Positions 22,094 through 32,920 of a stretch of 64,000 nucleotides of DNA are shown one piece after another. A model generated the notes under the pieces. It was not told the origin of the DNA. It worked only from the letters and a program-made list of their open reading frames with translations, and did not search any database. Within the stretch, counting starts at the first letter, position 1, and every line of letters starts with the position of its first letter. The stretch is from Macrostomum lignano (taxonomy: Eukaryota), in the NCBI GenBank assembly GCA_002269645.1, contig NIVC01001679.1, positions 1 through 64,000 on the forward strand. Reading direction: 5' to 3'. Made by a program: the position numbers and the translations under genes.

Positions 22094-24397
22094 ATGTCTG
22101 GCAAAGACTCCATCCAGCTAGGCAAGATGAAGGTGAACGCCAATCAGAGCGGCTGCTGCGGCGGTAAGGCCAACGAGAACAGCGCCGAAGTGCCCGAGAT
22201 CACGCCGCCGCACATGGTCAAACCGAAAAGTGGCGATAGCGGCATCGACGAGCGGACGAAGGTGCGCAAGGAGAACGAAGACAAGGAGGCCAGGAAGGCC
22301 CGGCTTGCCGGCGGCGCCCTGGCCAAGTCGCTGCTCGATGACTCCAAGGCGGAGCCGCTGCCGCCTAGGATTCGACGACCGGGCGAGACCATCCATCCAA
22401 CTTGGAAGCCGGCGCCGCCGCCACCAAAGATGGCGCCATTGCCACCGCGCGGCGCCAAGTACAACGAAGCATTGGAGCATCATCTTAACCATCTGCCCTT
22501 CTACAACCACAAGCGATACGACCGCGTCGGCATCTTAAAGCGCATCAAGCGAATCAAGCCGCTTCGTGGACTGCTGCAGAACGGTCGTTATTTCATCGAC
22601 AAAGATCGTCGGGCAGATTACGACCCTCGTATGGACCCGCAAGCGTTAGAAAAATACCTCAAGCAGCAAGAGAAAATGGGCCGTCGCTATCGCGCTGAAG
22701 GTCGCGTCAATCGCATCGTGGAGCTCTTTATGGACAAGGTGATGGGCTGGGGCACCTCCCGGGACCTGCTGCCGCCGAAGTCAATCGTCCGTGGCAGTCC
22801 CTACTGCTTTATGTGGCTGGGGCCGCACTTGGCCAGGAAGATGCTGCACCAGCTGTGCGCCCCTCGCGATCCGACTTTGCTGTTCGAGACGATCACCAAA
22901 GAGCCGGAGGACAAAGAGTTTTATATTATCAATCGACTGCCGGTTGACTCGTTTTTCAAGGACAAGGAGAACTTCTACGGAATGCTCTCGCAGTACGTTC
23001 TCAGCCCGAATTTGGTGTGTAAGGCCCGCTCAGTTGATGAGTGCCTCTACCTAGCCAGCTTAAAAGAAGACTGTCAAGACCTGGAGTCGAAGGGGCTTGT
23101 CACGCGCCGTACCTGCGTTCACCAGAATCTGTCGCTCTCGCTGAAGCCGTGCCTCGTGTCCAACTGTCCCAACTATGAGAAGCAAGTCTGCTCGCATCTG
23201 TACGCCTTCATACCGGAGACCATCACATTGAATTCGTACACATCGATGTTACATTTCTCCGAACGCTTCCAACGCGTCGAAGATTTAAAGGGCACCATCT
23301 TTATCACGAAGCCCGCCTACCTATGCAACGGTCGAGGTATCAAGTTCATCGTTGAGCTGGATCAATTTGAACACTTTTTTCACATGCTCGACGGCAAGTC
23401 GACCACTCGTCACGGCGTCGTACTCCAGCGCTACATTGAATGCCCGCGCCTGTTCGACCGTCAGAAGTTCACAATTCGGTTCTTTCTGCTGATCATCGTG
23501 CTGGAGAAGCGCCGAGTTCTTGGCTTCATCCACTACGGCATCGCCATTTTCGCCCGGCTGCCCTACGAGACTGTGGAGCGCGAGGACTTCCTACCCGAAG
23601 AGGAAGCCAAGGAGGGCAAAAAGCCGAACTTGGACATCCCCATCACCAAGCGCTCGATCGGTCGGGTTACTACGGATAAGTTTCCTAGCGAGTCGCACCT
23701 GACCAACTATATGAGCCCGGCTCGCAAGGCCCGCATTAGGCAGGACATTTTCACGGGCCGAGCAAAGATGATGCAGGCCGACAGGGACAATGCATTCTAT
23801 CTGGAGGAAATCCTGCCAAACAAATGCAACAACACCGCGTCAATCTACATCCAGATGCTGTTTGTGGGCCAGTGCATTTTAGACTACATGCAGCCTATTG
23901 TGCAAGACTTTGCCGGCACCTTCCAGACTATCTCCATTGATTCACTGGTCGATGCGCGCAACAAACTCTGGGTACTGGAGGCTGGCACTAACATCTTCTC
24001 GGGACTGCTGACAATCGCGCCCAGGCAGCGCCAGATGATGTCCGCCATCATCCAGGAGTCAGTTGGCATCACCCTGGAGTGCGTGTACAAAACTCGCAAC
24101 AATCTGCCTCTGTACTGGGACTACATGAACGACCGGGAGGACTACGATGCCATCTATTTCTCGCAGGACTTCAACTTGTTCTACGAGACCGAATGGTCCA
24201 GACAGTCTGGCGCGATCTTCGAGCGCCGGCCGCCACCCAAGCACCTGCTGCTGGAGGAGCGCTACGAACAGGTTGACAATCAACGAGCCGCCGCGGCGGA
24301 CAGGCGCGTGTTCAACTTTGAAAAGAAGAAGTCAATCGTTAGGAAGCGCGAGGAGTACATCGCCATGGTCAAAGCCAAGCACGAGGAAGAGTCTTGA
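22094..24397 (+). CDS. Tubulin-tyrosine ligase-like (TTL/TTLL) family protein, single exon, 767 aa
   Basis: ATP-grasp TTL motifs: FIPET, ITKP...GRGI, LQRYIE.P.L..RQKF.IR, SHLTN, FQ..SID.LVD, LWVLE. Several catalytic positions are substituted. Confidence 0.88.
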   Translation: MSGKDSIQLGKMKVNANQSGCCGGKANENSAEVPEITPPHMVKPKSGDSGIDERTKVRKENEDKEARKARLAGGALAKSLLDDSKAEPLPPRIRRPGETIHPTWKPAPPPPKMAPLPPRGAKYNEALEHHLNHLPFYNHKRYDRVGILKRIKRIKPLRGLLQNGRYFIDKDRRADYDPRMDPQALEKYLKQQEKMGRRYRAEGRVNRIVELFMDKVMGWGTSRDLLPPKSIVRGSPYCFMWLGPHLARKMLHQLCAPRDPTLLFETITKEPEDKEFYIINRLPVDSFFKDKENFYGMLSQYVLSPNLVCKARSVDECLYLASLKEDCQDLESKGLVTRRTCVHQNLSLSLKPCLVSNCPNYEKQVCSHLYAFIPETITLNSYTSMLHFSERFQRVEDLKGTIFITKPAYLCNGRGIKFIVELDQFEHFFHMLDGKSTTRHGVVLQRYIECPRLFDRQKFTIRFFLLIIVLEKRRVLGFIHYGIAIFARLPYETVEREDFLPEEEAKEGKKPNLDIPITKRSIGRVTTDKFPSESHLTNYMSPARKARIRQDIFTGRAKMMQADRDNAFYLEEILPNKCNNTASIYIQMLFVGQCILDYMQPIVQDFAGTFQTISIDSLVDARNKLWVLEAGTNIFSGLLTIAPRQRQMMSAIIQESVGITLECVYKTRNNLPLYWDYMNDREDYDAIYFSQDFNLFYETEWSRQSGAIFERRPPPKHLLLEERYEQVDNQRAAAADRRVFNFEKKKSIVRKREEYIAMVKAKHEEES

Positions 24398-26017
24398 AAG
24401 TATGCTTCTCTGTAATCAAACCAATCTGCGTCTTTTGCGTCTCTGACTCTCATCAGTTTTTGTTACGCCTCTCTTGTGTTGAATCGGAGCGCAAAAACTT
24501 TCACCTCTCGCCCACGCATTGACTGACGAGCAATTTCCTTTGAGCTTTTCTATTTTCACTGATATTATTATTCGCAGTCAAAAACGGCTTGGAGCAGACG
24601 TTTTCCAAGAATAGTCTGCTGGGCTGGTAAAAACGGCCGAGAGCCGGAAAAAATAAACGTGGCGAGAGGCGCGCAGAAGGGAAATATTTTGCATCAACTC
24701 CTTATTTCTTGACAAATTTTGTTTACGTTCATTCATTGTGTCTTCTCTGCTTTTTTGAGGTTTAATGGAGTAAGTTTTATGGAGAACAGCCAACAAATCA
24801 TGCTAAGTCTTCATGCATGAAACTCGTGTCAATTTCGTCGATCGTACCGTATTTAAAGTTGATTCCTTGTATATTTAGACTTAACGTGACTCAATAATCC
24901 TAGTGTAGCAAATTAAGGCCACTGGTACATTTATCAAGAGGAGAACAAAGACAACATGCATGATGCACCGCAATGTCACCATTGGGTGGGCGCCTCGGAC
25001 CCTCGGTGCCCGCCATCCTCAGCCAGCAGGCTTTCGACTGAGGGTGCCTGCATTGCCTGATTGGCACGTAGCTATTGAGCTCTTCAAGTCTTCTTGATTA
25101 AAAAAGTCCGACGCACTTCTCAACGGCAACTAGGCAAATCCACTGCTAGTTTGGTTTCGCTTTGGCGCAACACTTGTGATGGGCTTTAGACAGGAATATT
25201 ATGGTAATTAATCTTAAGACCTCATTCCACTTTAAAAGCTTCTGAAATGTCTGTCTAAAATAAGATATTCCAACCCGCAAGGCCAGCTGAGGACAGCAGG
25301 GCGAGTTCGTCGGCTTAGTCAAGCACGCTGAGCGACTTCTCTGGTTTTCGTCGACCCATGCATCGCCGCAGCAGAATAGAATCCTGGAGTCGTCCTACCG
25401 GGGTCGGCTGTCCACGCTCGGCTGTTCGCATCAGCGGGACTGCCTGTTCCGCGGCGGCGCGAACTGCTGTACATGTCGGCGCCCTTTGAGCGCGCGGTAG
25501 TAGCGCCGCGTTGGCCGCTTCAGCAGCTGACGGTGGATACGCGTTCTAAGATATATTTTTACTGTCAGTGAGCGATTTTTTGCGCAACACGTTGAAGAAA
25601 TTCGGTTAAAATTCTTTTCTTGCTACTCATTAGTAAGCGATCTCTTATGTTTTTCAAAGCACATTAGAATCATTGAGACTGTTGTAAGTTCAAGACTTGT
25701 TGAAGTCTTTTAACTAAATTTACTAATATGGTCTTACATGTAGGTCAACGCACTTCAACGGTTCAGCATTAAATAAAAACTTATTTGAACGTTATATCGC
25801 TTCATGATAACTTGGACTCCTATTTAGTTAAGTAAACCATTTTCTCTGAGACAATAATCAAACATTTATTAGAAACGAAAATCCATGAAACAAGCTGTCA
25901 CAACAGACAGTAGCAAACAAAAGCCATTCTATTTTTTCGAAAGTATGAAAATTAAGTAAACAGAAAATTTCGGGAAATGTTAAAAGTTCAGTTCCAAATT
26001 TTAGCGCCAATAATGAT

Positions 26018-29000
26018 TCACTTTTCTGCCTCAGCTAAAATTTTGACACTGTGCAGTTGCATTAGCAAATCCAGGTAGACAGCGGAATCGATCCCGGGAC
26101 CTAGTCGGTCGGTCAGCACGCTGATGCCGCATTGACGCATCAGTTCAATGAGTTGAGACGAGTAACTGGCCTGCCGTTCGCTGGTTTCCAAATCTGACAC
26201 CTTGCTGAAGAACTCTCTATTAAACGTTCGATTTTGCATCTTTTTGGCGGCCAAATTTGAGTTGGTAATTCTCGAACCGGCTGGCACAGCGCTGGCATTC
26301 TTCAGCTTGGCACCCTTCGACTTTGCGGCCGATTTGCTTTTAGCTGGCGATGCTTTAGCGGCGTCTTCGGCCTCTTCTTCCCCAATGGTCTCGCCGTTTT
26401 CAGCTGCGGCTTTGGCTCCTTTTGCTCCTTTTGCACCTTTGGCTCCTTTGGCTGCTTTTGCACCTTTCGCACCTTTGGCACTTTTTGCTGGCGCAGCTTC
26501 TGACGCCTCTTCGTCCTCAGCATCTGTCTCCGCATCTGCCACGGCTTTTGCTCCTTTTGCACCTTTCGCACCTTTGGCTCCTTTCGCGCCTTTTGCACCT
26601 TTTGCACCTTTGGCACCTTTTGCTGGTGCAGCTTCTGGTGTCTCCTCTTCCTCATCATCTATCTCTGCATCTTCAGCAGCTTTCCCTCCTTTTGCTCCTT
26701 TTGATCCTTTTGCACCTTTCGCACCCTTCGCACCTTTCACACCTTTGGCTCCTTTTGCACCTTTGGCTGGCGCAGCTTCTGGTGCCTCCTCGTCTTCGAC
26801 ATCTGTCTCCGCATCCTCCACGGCTTTCGCTCCTTTCGCACCTTTGGCTCCCTTGGCTCCTTTTGCACCTTTCGCACCTTTAGCTCCTTTCGCACCTTTT
26901 GCACCTTTGGCTGGCGCAGGTTCTGGTGCCTCCTCGTCTTCGACATCTGTCTCCGCATCCTCCACGGCTTTCGCTCCTTTTGCTCCTTTCGCTCCTTTTG
27001 CACCTTTGACACCTTTTGCGGCTTTCATTCCTTTGGCGCCTTTTGCTGGTGACTTCACTGCTGCAGCTTCTTCGTCCTCCAATTCGGCCTCTGCATCTTC
27101 TGCTTCCGGCGCCGCGCCTTTGGCACCCTTGGCGCTCTTGGCGCCTTTTGCACCTTTCTCGCCTTTAGCACCTTTCGCACCCTTTGCACCTTTGGCGCCT
27201 TTAACTGGCGAAGGCACTTCCACTTCAGCATCCGATTCGAGACCTTCATCTCCGCTCAAATCATCTGCACCGACCGTCTTAGCCGCTTTCATTCCTTTGG
27301 CACCTTTGGCACCTTTTGCACCTTTGGCACCTTTTGAACCCTTTGCACCCTTGGCGCCTTTACCTGGCGAAGGGACTTCCGCTTCAGCATCCGACTCGAG
27401 TCCTTCATCTTCAACCACACCGTCTGTAGTTACGGTTTTAGCCGCTTTCATTCCTTTGCTACCCTTAGCACCTTTGATACCTTTAGCACCTTTGGCACCT
27501 TTTGTTGTTGACATCTTTTCCGTCTGGTCTTCGTCTGCTGCGGCCGCCATCGCCTCCTCCAATACCTTTCCATCTTTGACACCCTTGGCTCCTTTTGCTC
27601 CTTTAGCAGCTTTGCCAGCCTTTGCACCTTTGGCACTTTTCGCCGATTTACCTGTGTCCGCTTCCTCGACTTCCTCAGCCGGCTCTTCTACCCCCTCTGC
27701 AGCTTTAGCACCTTTTGCACCTTTGGCATCTTTGACTGCAACTTTGGCCAGCTTCTTGCCCGCAACCGCTGATGAGTTGAACAGTGGCGCAGCGGCTGTC
27801 GAGCTAGTCTGTACCATCGGCGCCGGAATCGCGGCGCGCTTGGCAAGACCGGTTGACCCTAATTTGGCGGTGGTGGAGGCTGCGCCAAGACCGAACGAGG
27901 TTGATGTGGTCAGGCGACCTGACGCGACCAGAATTTGCTTGCTCAAATAGCCCAGAACGCTTGTGGTCCTCAGCGCCGGGTCCTGCCAGGTGAGGGGTTT
28001 TTAACAATGTTTTTTATTGATGGCAATAAATAGTTGATTACACCTGCCACAATGAGCAGATTTGCAACCGACAAACAGCGCATTTGAAGGCTGTGCAAAG
28101 GCTGTTCAGTCCCATGGACAGCTAATGCTGGCACCCATTTTACGGCTTGGGTGAACTGAAGCAATGCAGAGTTAAGTGTCTTGCTCAAGGACACAAATTG
28201 TTCCGAGTGGGATCGGGGATCGAACCCCCGACTTTCAAGTTGAGTCCGACGCTCTAACCATTAGGCTATCATCCCACTACAATGCTTTTTAGTTTAACTT
28301 AAAACATACGAGCGTAATGCGTACATGTTTTACAAAAATTAAAACTGAGAAACACTCGTTCTTAACCCTAGACTGCATCTTTACACGATTCGTGTGACTT
28401 CATGGCTTATCAATTGACGGCAGTGCAAACGAGCTTTGAGGGTAACTGTCAGTCATGAATCATCTTTGTATTTGTCTTTTACAAATTATAATTTAAATGC
28501 GGTGGAAAATGAAAGTCAAATAAAAAGCTCACTCACATCGATTCCAGTTAACTGCAAGCCGGTCCCATCTGAGCCGGCAGTCAGCAGCTGCTCATTTGCC
28601 CAGCCAATCACGGTAGCGGCTGCCTCGTCCAGCTCGCCGCAGTTCCCTGCCACGCGTCGGTACTGCCTCAGCGAGTGCAGCCGCATCATGCTAATCAGCA
28701 GGTGCAGAATAGCTCGCAAGCCTCCAGCGGCCAGTTGCTCAGCAATGGCCAAGTCCAGCGGTAAGCCGTGCTGCTTGGCGCACTCCACCACAAGCACGCA
28801 GTTGGCCAGATGTTGCTCATCGCTACTGTTTAGTTCTCCTTCATCTGTTCCGGGCGAAGCTGTTGCTGTCACGGCAACACTGGCCCAGTTGACACTGCCC
28901 GGGGAGAGAGCTTCCCAAGCCTAAGCAGAATGAAAGATCTGATTGGTGAAATCAAACTATGCAACCAAGGTAGAACAATATTAGGATAAAAAAGTCACCT

Positions 29001-29925
29001 GTAGCAGTACGAGGCCGTCGCGTAGGTCGTCTGCTAGACGCGACACGGGCGGCTCTACGCCTAACGAATTGATCCAGATTTTGATAGCGGCTGCTTCGTC
29101 AGTTTCCGGGTTGGCCTTGTCCAAGTTTTGTGTCAACTCAGTACCCGTAGGACTCTTAATGCTATTCTCATCTTCAGCAACTGACTTGCGCCACAAGCAT
29201 ACCAGGTAGAAACTGCGCAACAGTCGAGCCCGATGATCCCTAGCAGCTTCCTCGTTCTCTACGTTGTCGCAGTCGTAATTATCTTTTCCATCGAGATGCT
29301 CTGAACTCAACAGACCGTTCAAATCAAGCGACTTCATGATGTCTTCAGTGTCGGCCTCGGGATTCTCTGTAGCGCTGAGAGCAGTGAGACGATGACAGGC
29401 TGACGGCTCGTTGCCTACGTAGCTGTTGCCAAGGTGACCGCGAATCCAGCTGCGAAATTCCATTGCCGATCTCTTATCTGGCAGGTAGCAACGATGCAGC
29501 GCCTGCAACAGGATGGCAATGTAGACGCCACAGTCGGCCCGGTCCAGACATTCAACCGTTAGGCCGCCAACGCTGACGCCGACGGATTCCAACGAGCCGA
29601 TTGCTAAGTTCAGATTTTTGCGCCGCTTCCGAGCTGACAGCTTCGCTTCCGAATAGCTGGCTACCAAGCTCTCGTCCAGAGTCCCAGGCTTGATGACGTT
29701 AGCCAGAGCGCACAGAACCGCCCCGTCTTGTAGTCGGTCGAATAAATTCTTCTCGGACAGCGGCAGATAGTTGACGCCTAGCTTACTACTCTTGGATAGT
29801 AGTCGGTTGAGGTGAGCGCAGATGCAGGCAACGTCGGAGCCAAAACGGTTGCGTACCGACTCCGCGGTGTAGCTTTTCTGTGAAGCTTTCAGCTCCTGCT
29901 GGTAGACTGGGTCCGAAAGCAGATG
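26018..29925 (-). CDS. Divergent plastin/fimbrin-like CH-domain protein; complement(join(26018..27982,28537..28920,28999..29925)); possible first exon 31091..31180
   Basis: CH1 (LFDRLQDGAVLCALANVIKPGTLDE...NLNLAIGS), CH3 (IWINSLGVEPPV..L..DLRDGLVLLQ), CH4 start (VIGWANEQL...DPALRT) and a CH4-like end. All junctions are phase 0 GT-AG, with branch point CTAAC before acceptor 29925. The first exon is less certain. Confidence 0.82.
28033..28272 (-). mobile_element. SINE family A copy in the plastin-like intron
   Basis: Contains GTTAAGTGTCTTGCTCAAGGACAC and GATCGAACCCC (B-box, reverse strand). Confidence 0.85.
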
Positions 29926-30060
29926 CTGCAATGTTAGCGATGATTTGAGAAACGGTCAAGACTTCTTCACAGGTTTATTTGAGTGTTTAGTTTCCCTCGT
30001 GATCCAATCGGTGTTGGCTAGCTGACGGAAAACAAAGACAGGCAGTTCTAGCTGACAGGG

Positions 30061-30290
30061 GGTCGTAGCCTATAGCGGTCAGGCTCAATTCCAAATGCAG
30101 TCACATTGGAATCTCAACTATTAACGCCCTTGAAGGTCAAACCCCAAAAGCACAGGGAAGTGTACATGCCTAACGAGTGTGTGCCTGTGTGCGTATGACT
30201 GTGTACGTATCTGCTTGTGTGCCCGCTCAGGGGAGTCGGCGGAATGGGCAGAATAAAGCCTCTCGTCTTAGAGGTCACTTGAAGTTTTGC
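30061..30290 (+). mobile_element. SINE family B copy (internally deleted)
   Basis: GGGTCGTAGCCTA head followed by AAGTGTACATGCCTAACGA...GGAGTCGGCGGAATGGGCAG. Confidence 0.75.
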
Positions 30291-31399
30291 ATACAAAGTA
30301 CCAGCTGCACTGGACACCAACATGCACATCCCTGACAAAAATTCTTGAGCTTATATGCATGATTTTTACTCTGTTTTCTATCTGTACTGTGCGGTAAAAC
30401 TCATACTAAAGAGGCATTGTAATACAGTACAATCGACGAGAATCATTGATTAAAGAATCTGTTGCAACCCGTTATTTCGTAGTCCTCAGTGCTGGCCTCT
30501 AAGCTACATGAGAACGCGCTCCAAACTCCATTTTTGTGCAACAGAAGTATTGGACTTCTTGAACAAATTTAGCTTATACCAAAAGCCTTTTTGAAACCCA
30601 CACTTCAAGCGTCATTTTTATGGGCAAGAATTTATCTACCTAATCTAAAATGGGTCTGGATGCCTTGACGAATGCCTTGACGAAACCAATCCCCTTGACG
30701 AATCTCCCCACCAAAAACCCACAATTCCGCACGCCCCTGTGGTTGGCTCTAAATGTAAGCTACATATACCTTAAGGTAGTTGGGTTGAAGCTACATAAAA
30801 ATGAAGCTTAAATCTAAAATCAGCACCACAAAAAACCTCTATAGGGACATAATTATTTTCCTATAAAAACTGCAACTATGTACTAAAGTTCAAGAAGTCC
30901 GAAGTATTGGAACTATTTTAGCATGCCCCGGACATCTGATCGGTTGAAATCCGTACCTACCAACTCCTACTAATTCCGAGACATTATGTACTACCATTAC
31001 CAACCACACCAGCTTCACTACTCTTAGTCTTTCAAATTCTTAATCTTATACAACCCACAATCGCAATCCAGAAGACCATGCAGCGCTCACCCAAGCTCCT
31101 TGTCGAAAAGCTCCGTGTTCAGACATCAGTCGGCAGCCATTGTGCAGCTCATTGGGGAAGTTTGGTCGCCTTGCTTCCATGTTTGTTTGGTCAACCGCCA
31201 GGCTTCCAACAAACTGAGGGAGCTCTGCAGATTATTTGCTATGCTTCTTGGTTGTGAATTTCAAAGCCTACTAGCCCACTTCAGGGCCCACTTTCTGTGC
31301 CTTTGATTTGACTTAATCGCCATAGACAACAGTGGGGTTACTGATTTTGAGTTTTCAAATTTTGTTATTGAGATTTCAATTCCTATAGGCCAGTTGCCG

Positions 31400-32255
31400 A
31401 CATGCCAAGGCTCATGGGGATTGTTGAGATGCCAAGGCTCATGGGGGGGAGTTGCTGAGATGCCAAGGCTCATGGGGAGTTGCTGAGATGCCAAGGCTCA
31501 TGAGGGGAGTCTGCTGAGATGCCAAGGCTCATGGGGGTTGTTGAGATGCCAAGGCTCATGGGGGTTGTTGAGATGCCAAGGCTCATGGGAGTTGTTGAGA
31601 TGCCAAGGCTCATGGGGGTTGTTGAGATGCCAAGGCTCATGGGGGTTGTTGAGATGCCAAGGCTCATGGGGGTTGTTGAGATGTCAAGGCTCATGGGGGT
31701 TGTTGAGATGCCAAGGCTCATGGGGGTTGTTGAGATGCCAAAGCTCATGGGGGGAGTCTGCTGAGATGCCATGGCTCATGGGGGAGTTGCTGAGATGCCA
31801 TGGCTCATGGGGGGAGTTGCTGAGATGCCAAGGCTCATGGGGGGAGTCTGCTGAGATGCCATGGCTCATGGGGGGGAGTTGCTGAGATGCCATGGCTAAT
31901 GGGGGGAGTTGCTGAGATGCCAAGGCTCATGGGGGAGTCTGCTGAGATGCCATGGCTCATGGGGGGGGAGTTGCTGAGATGCCATGGCTAATGGGGGGGA
32001 GTTGCTGAGATGCCAAGGCTCATGGGGGAGTCTGCTGAGATGCCATGGCTCATGGGGGGAGTTGCTGAGATGCCAAGGCTCATGGGGGGAGTCTGCTGAG
32101 ATGCCATGGCTCATGGGGGGGAGTTGCTGAGATGCCATGGCTCATGGGGGGGGGAGTTGCTGAGATGCCAAGGCTCATGGGGGGTTACTGAGATGCCAAG
32201 GCTTACGGGGGAGTTTCTGGGTTCATGGGGGGTTACTGAGATGCCAAGGCTTAAA
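31400..32255. repeat. 27-31-bp minisatellite (GAGATGCCAAGGCTCATGGGGG-TTGTT/GAGTTGCT)
   Basis: About 29 tandem copies between the plastin-like and FN3 genes. Confidence 0.93.
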
Positions 32256-32920
32256 CCTAAGGGTTTAAATAGTTTCTGATCGTCTAATTGTCACTTTTGA
32301 CTCCCGGTTGTCTTGCAGAGGCATTTTTGGCTAGCCTTTTCCCCCTGTTCTGTATGATTTATGACCGCATCCGTCAAATTTCCATGGGTCTGGGAGGTCA
32401 CCCTGTGGAGAGGGCTTTGAGGTTCTAAAGCTCAGCCAATCAGAGTCGAGGTAGTCATCCCAGGCTCGTCCAATCAGGAAATTCGACGCTTGGTGAAACA
32501 ATTAGCCAGCTGGAAGACTATGAGAATAGGACTGCCGGCTCTCGAGTTATTGACAAATAACTCATCAAGAGGCGTTTTTTCGGTCACTGGAACCTTTTGG
32601 TCACCGTTAGCCTCCGCTCAATCACACTTTTGAAGGCTGAACCCAATTACAATGTTGGCAAGAGTCCCTAGATCAGACAGAAACTTACTGGCGGTCCAAA
32701 AAGAGAAGAATAAACGTATATATATAGGCATCCGTAAGGCAATATTTAGGTATCTATGCTTTTTCGCCACTTCTACCTTAATCTGCAAGACGCAAATTTA
32801 GCTGATTAAAAATTACGGCCATGGCCAGAAATATCTTTAGATAACATCCTCGAGGCAATGCTTACTATTTAATGGTTAACGTTTTTCAGTTTGTTCATTC
32901 AGTTTGTTTACATCAGCACA

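Noticed and set aside
26202-27950. 582-aa plus-strand ORF (APFAPL repeats)
   Set aside because: It is the antisense shadow of the GAK-repeat exon; splice signals and CH homology support the minus strand.
32420-32480. Two CCAAT boxes between the divergent plastin-like and FN3 genes
   Set aside because: Short motifs without TSS data are too weak to call a bidirectional promoter.
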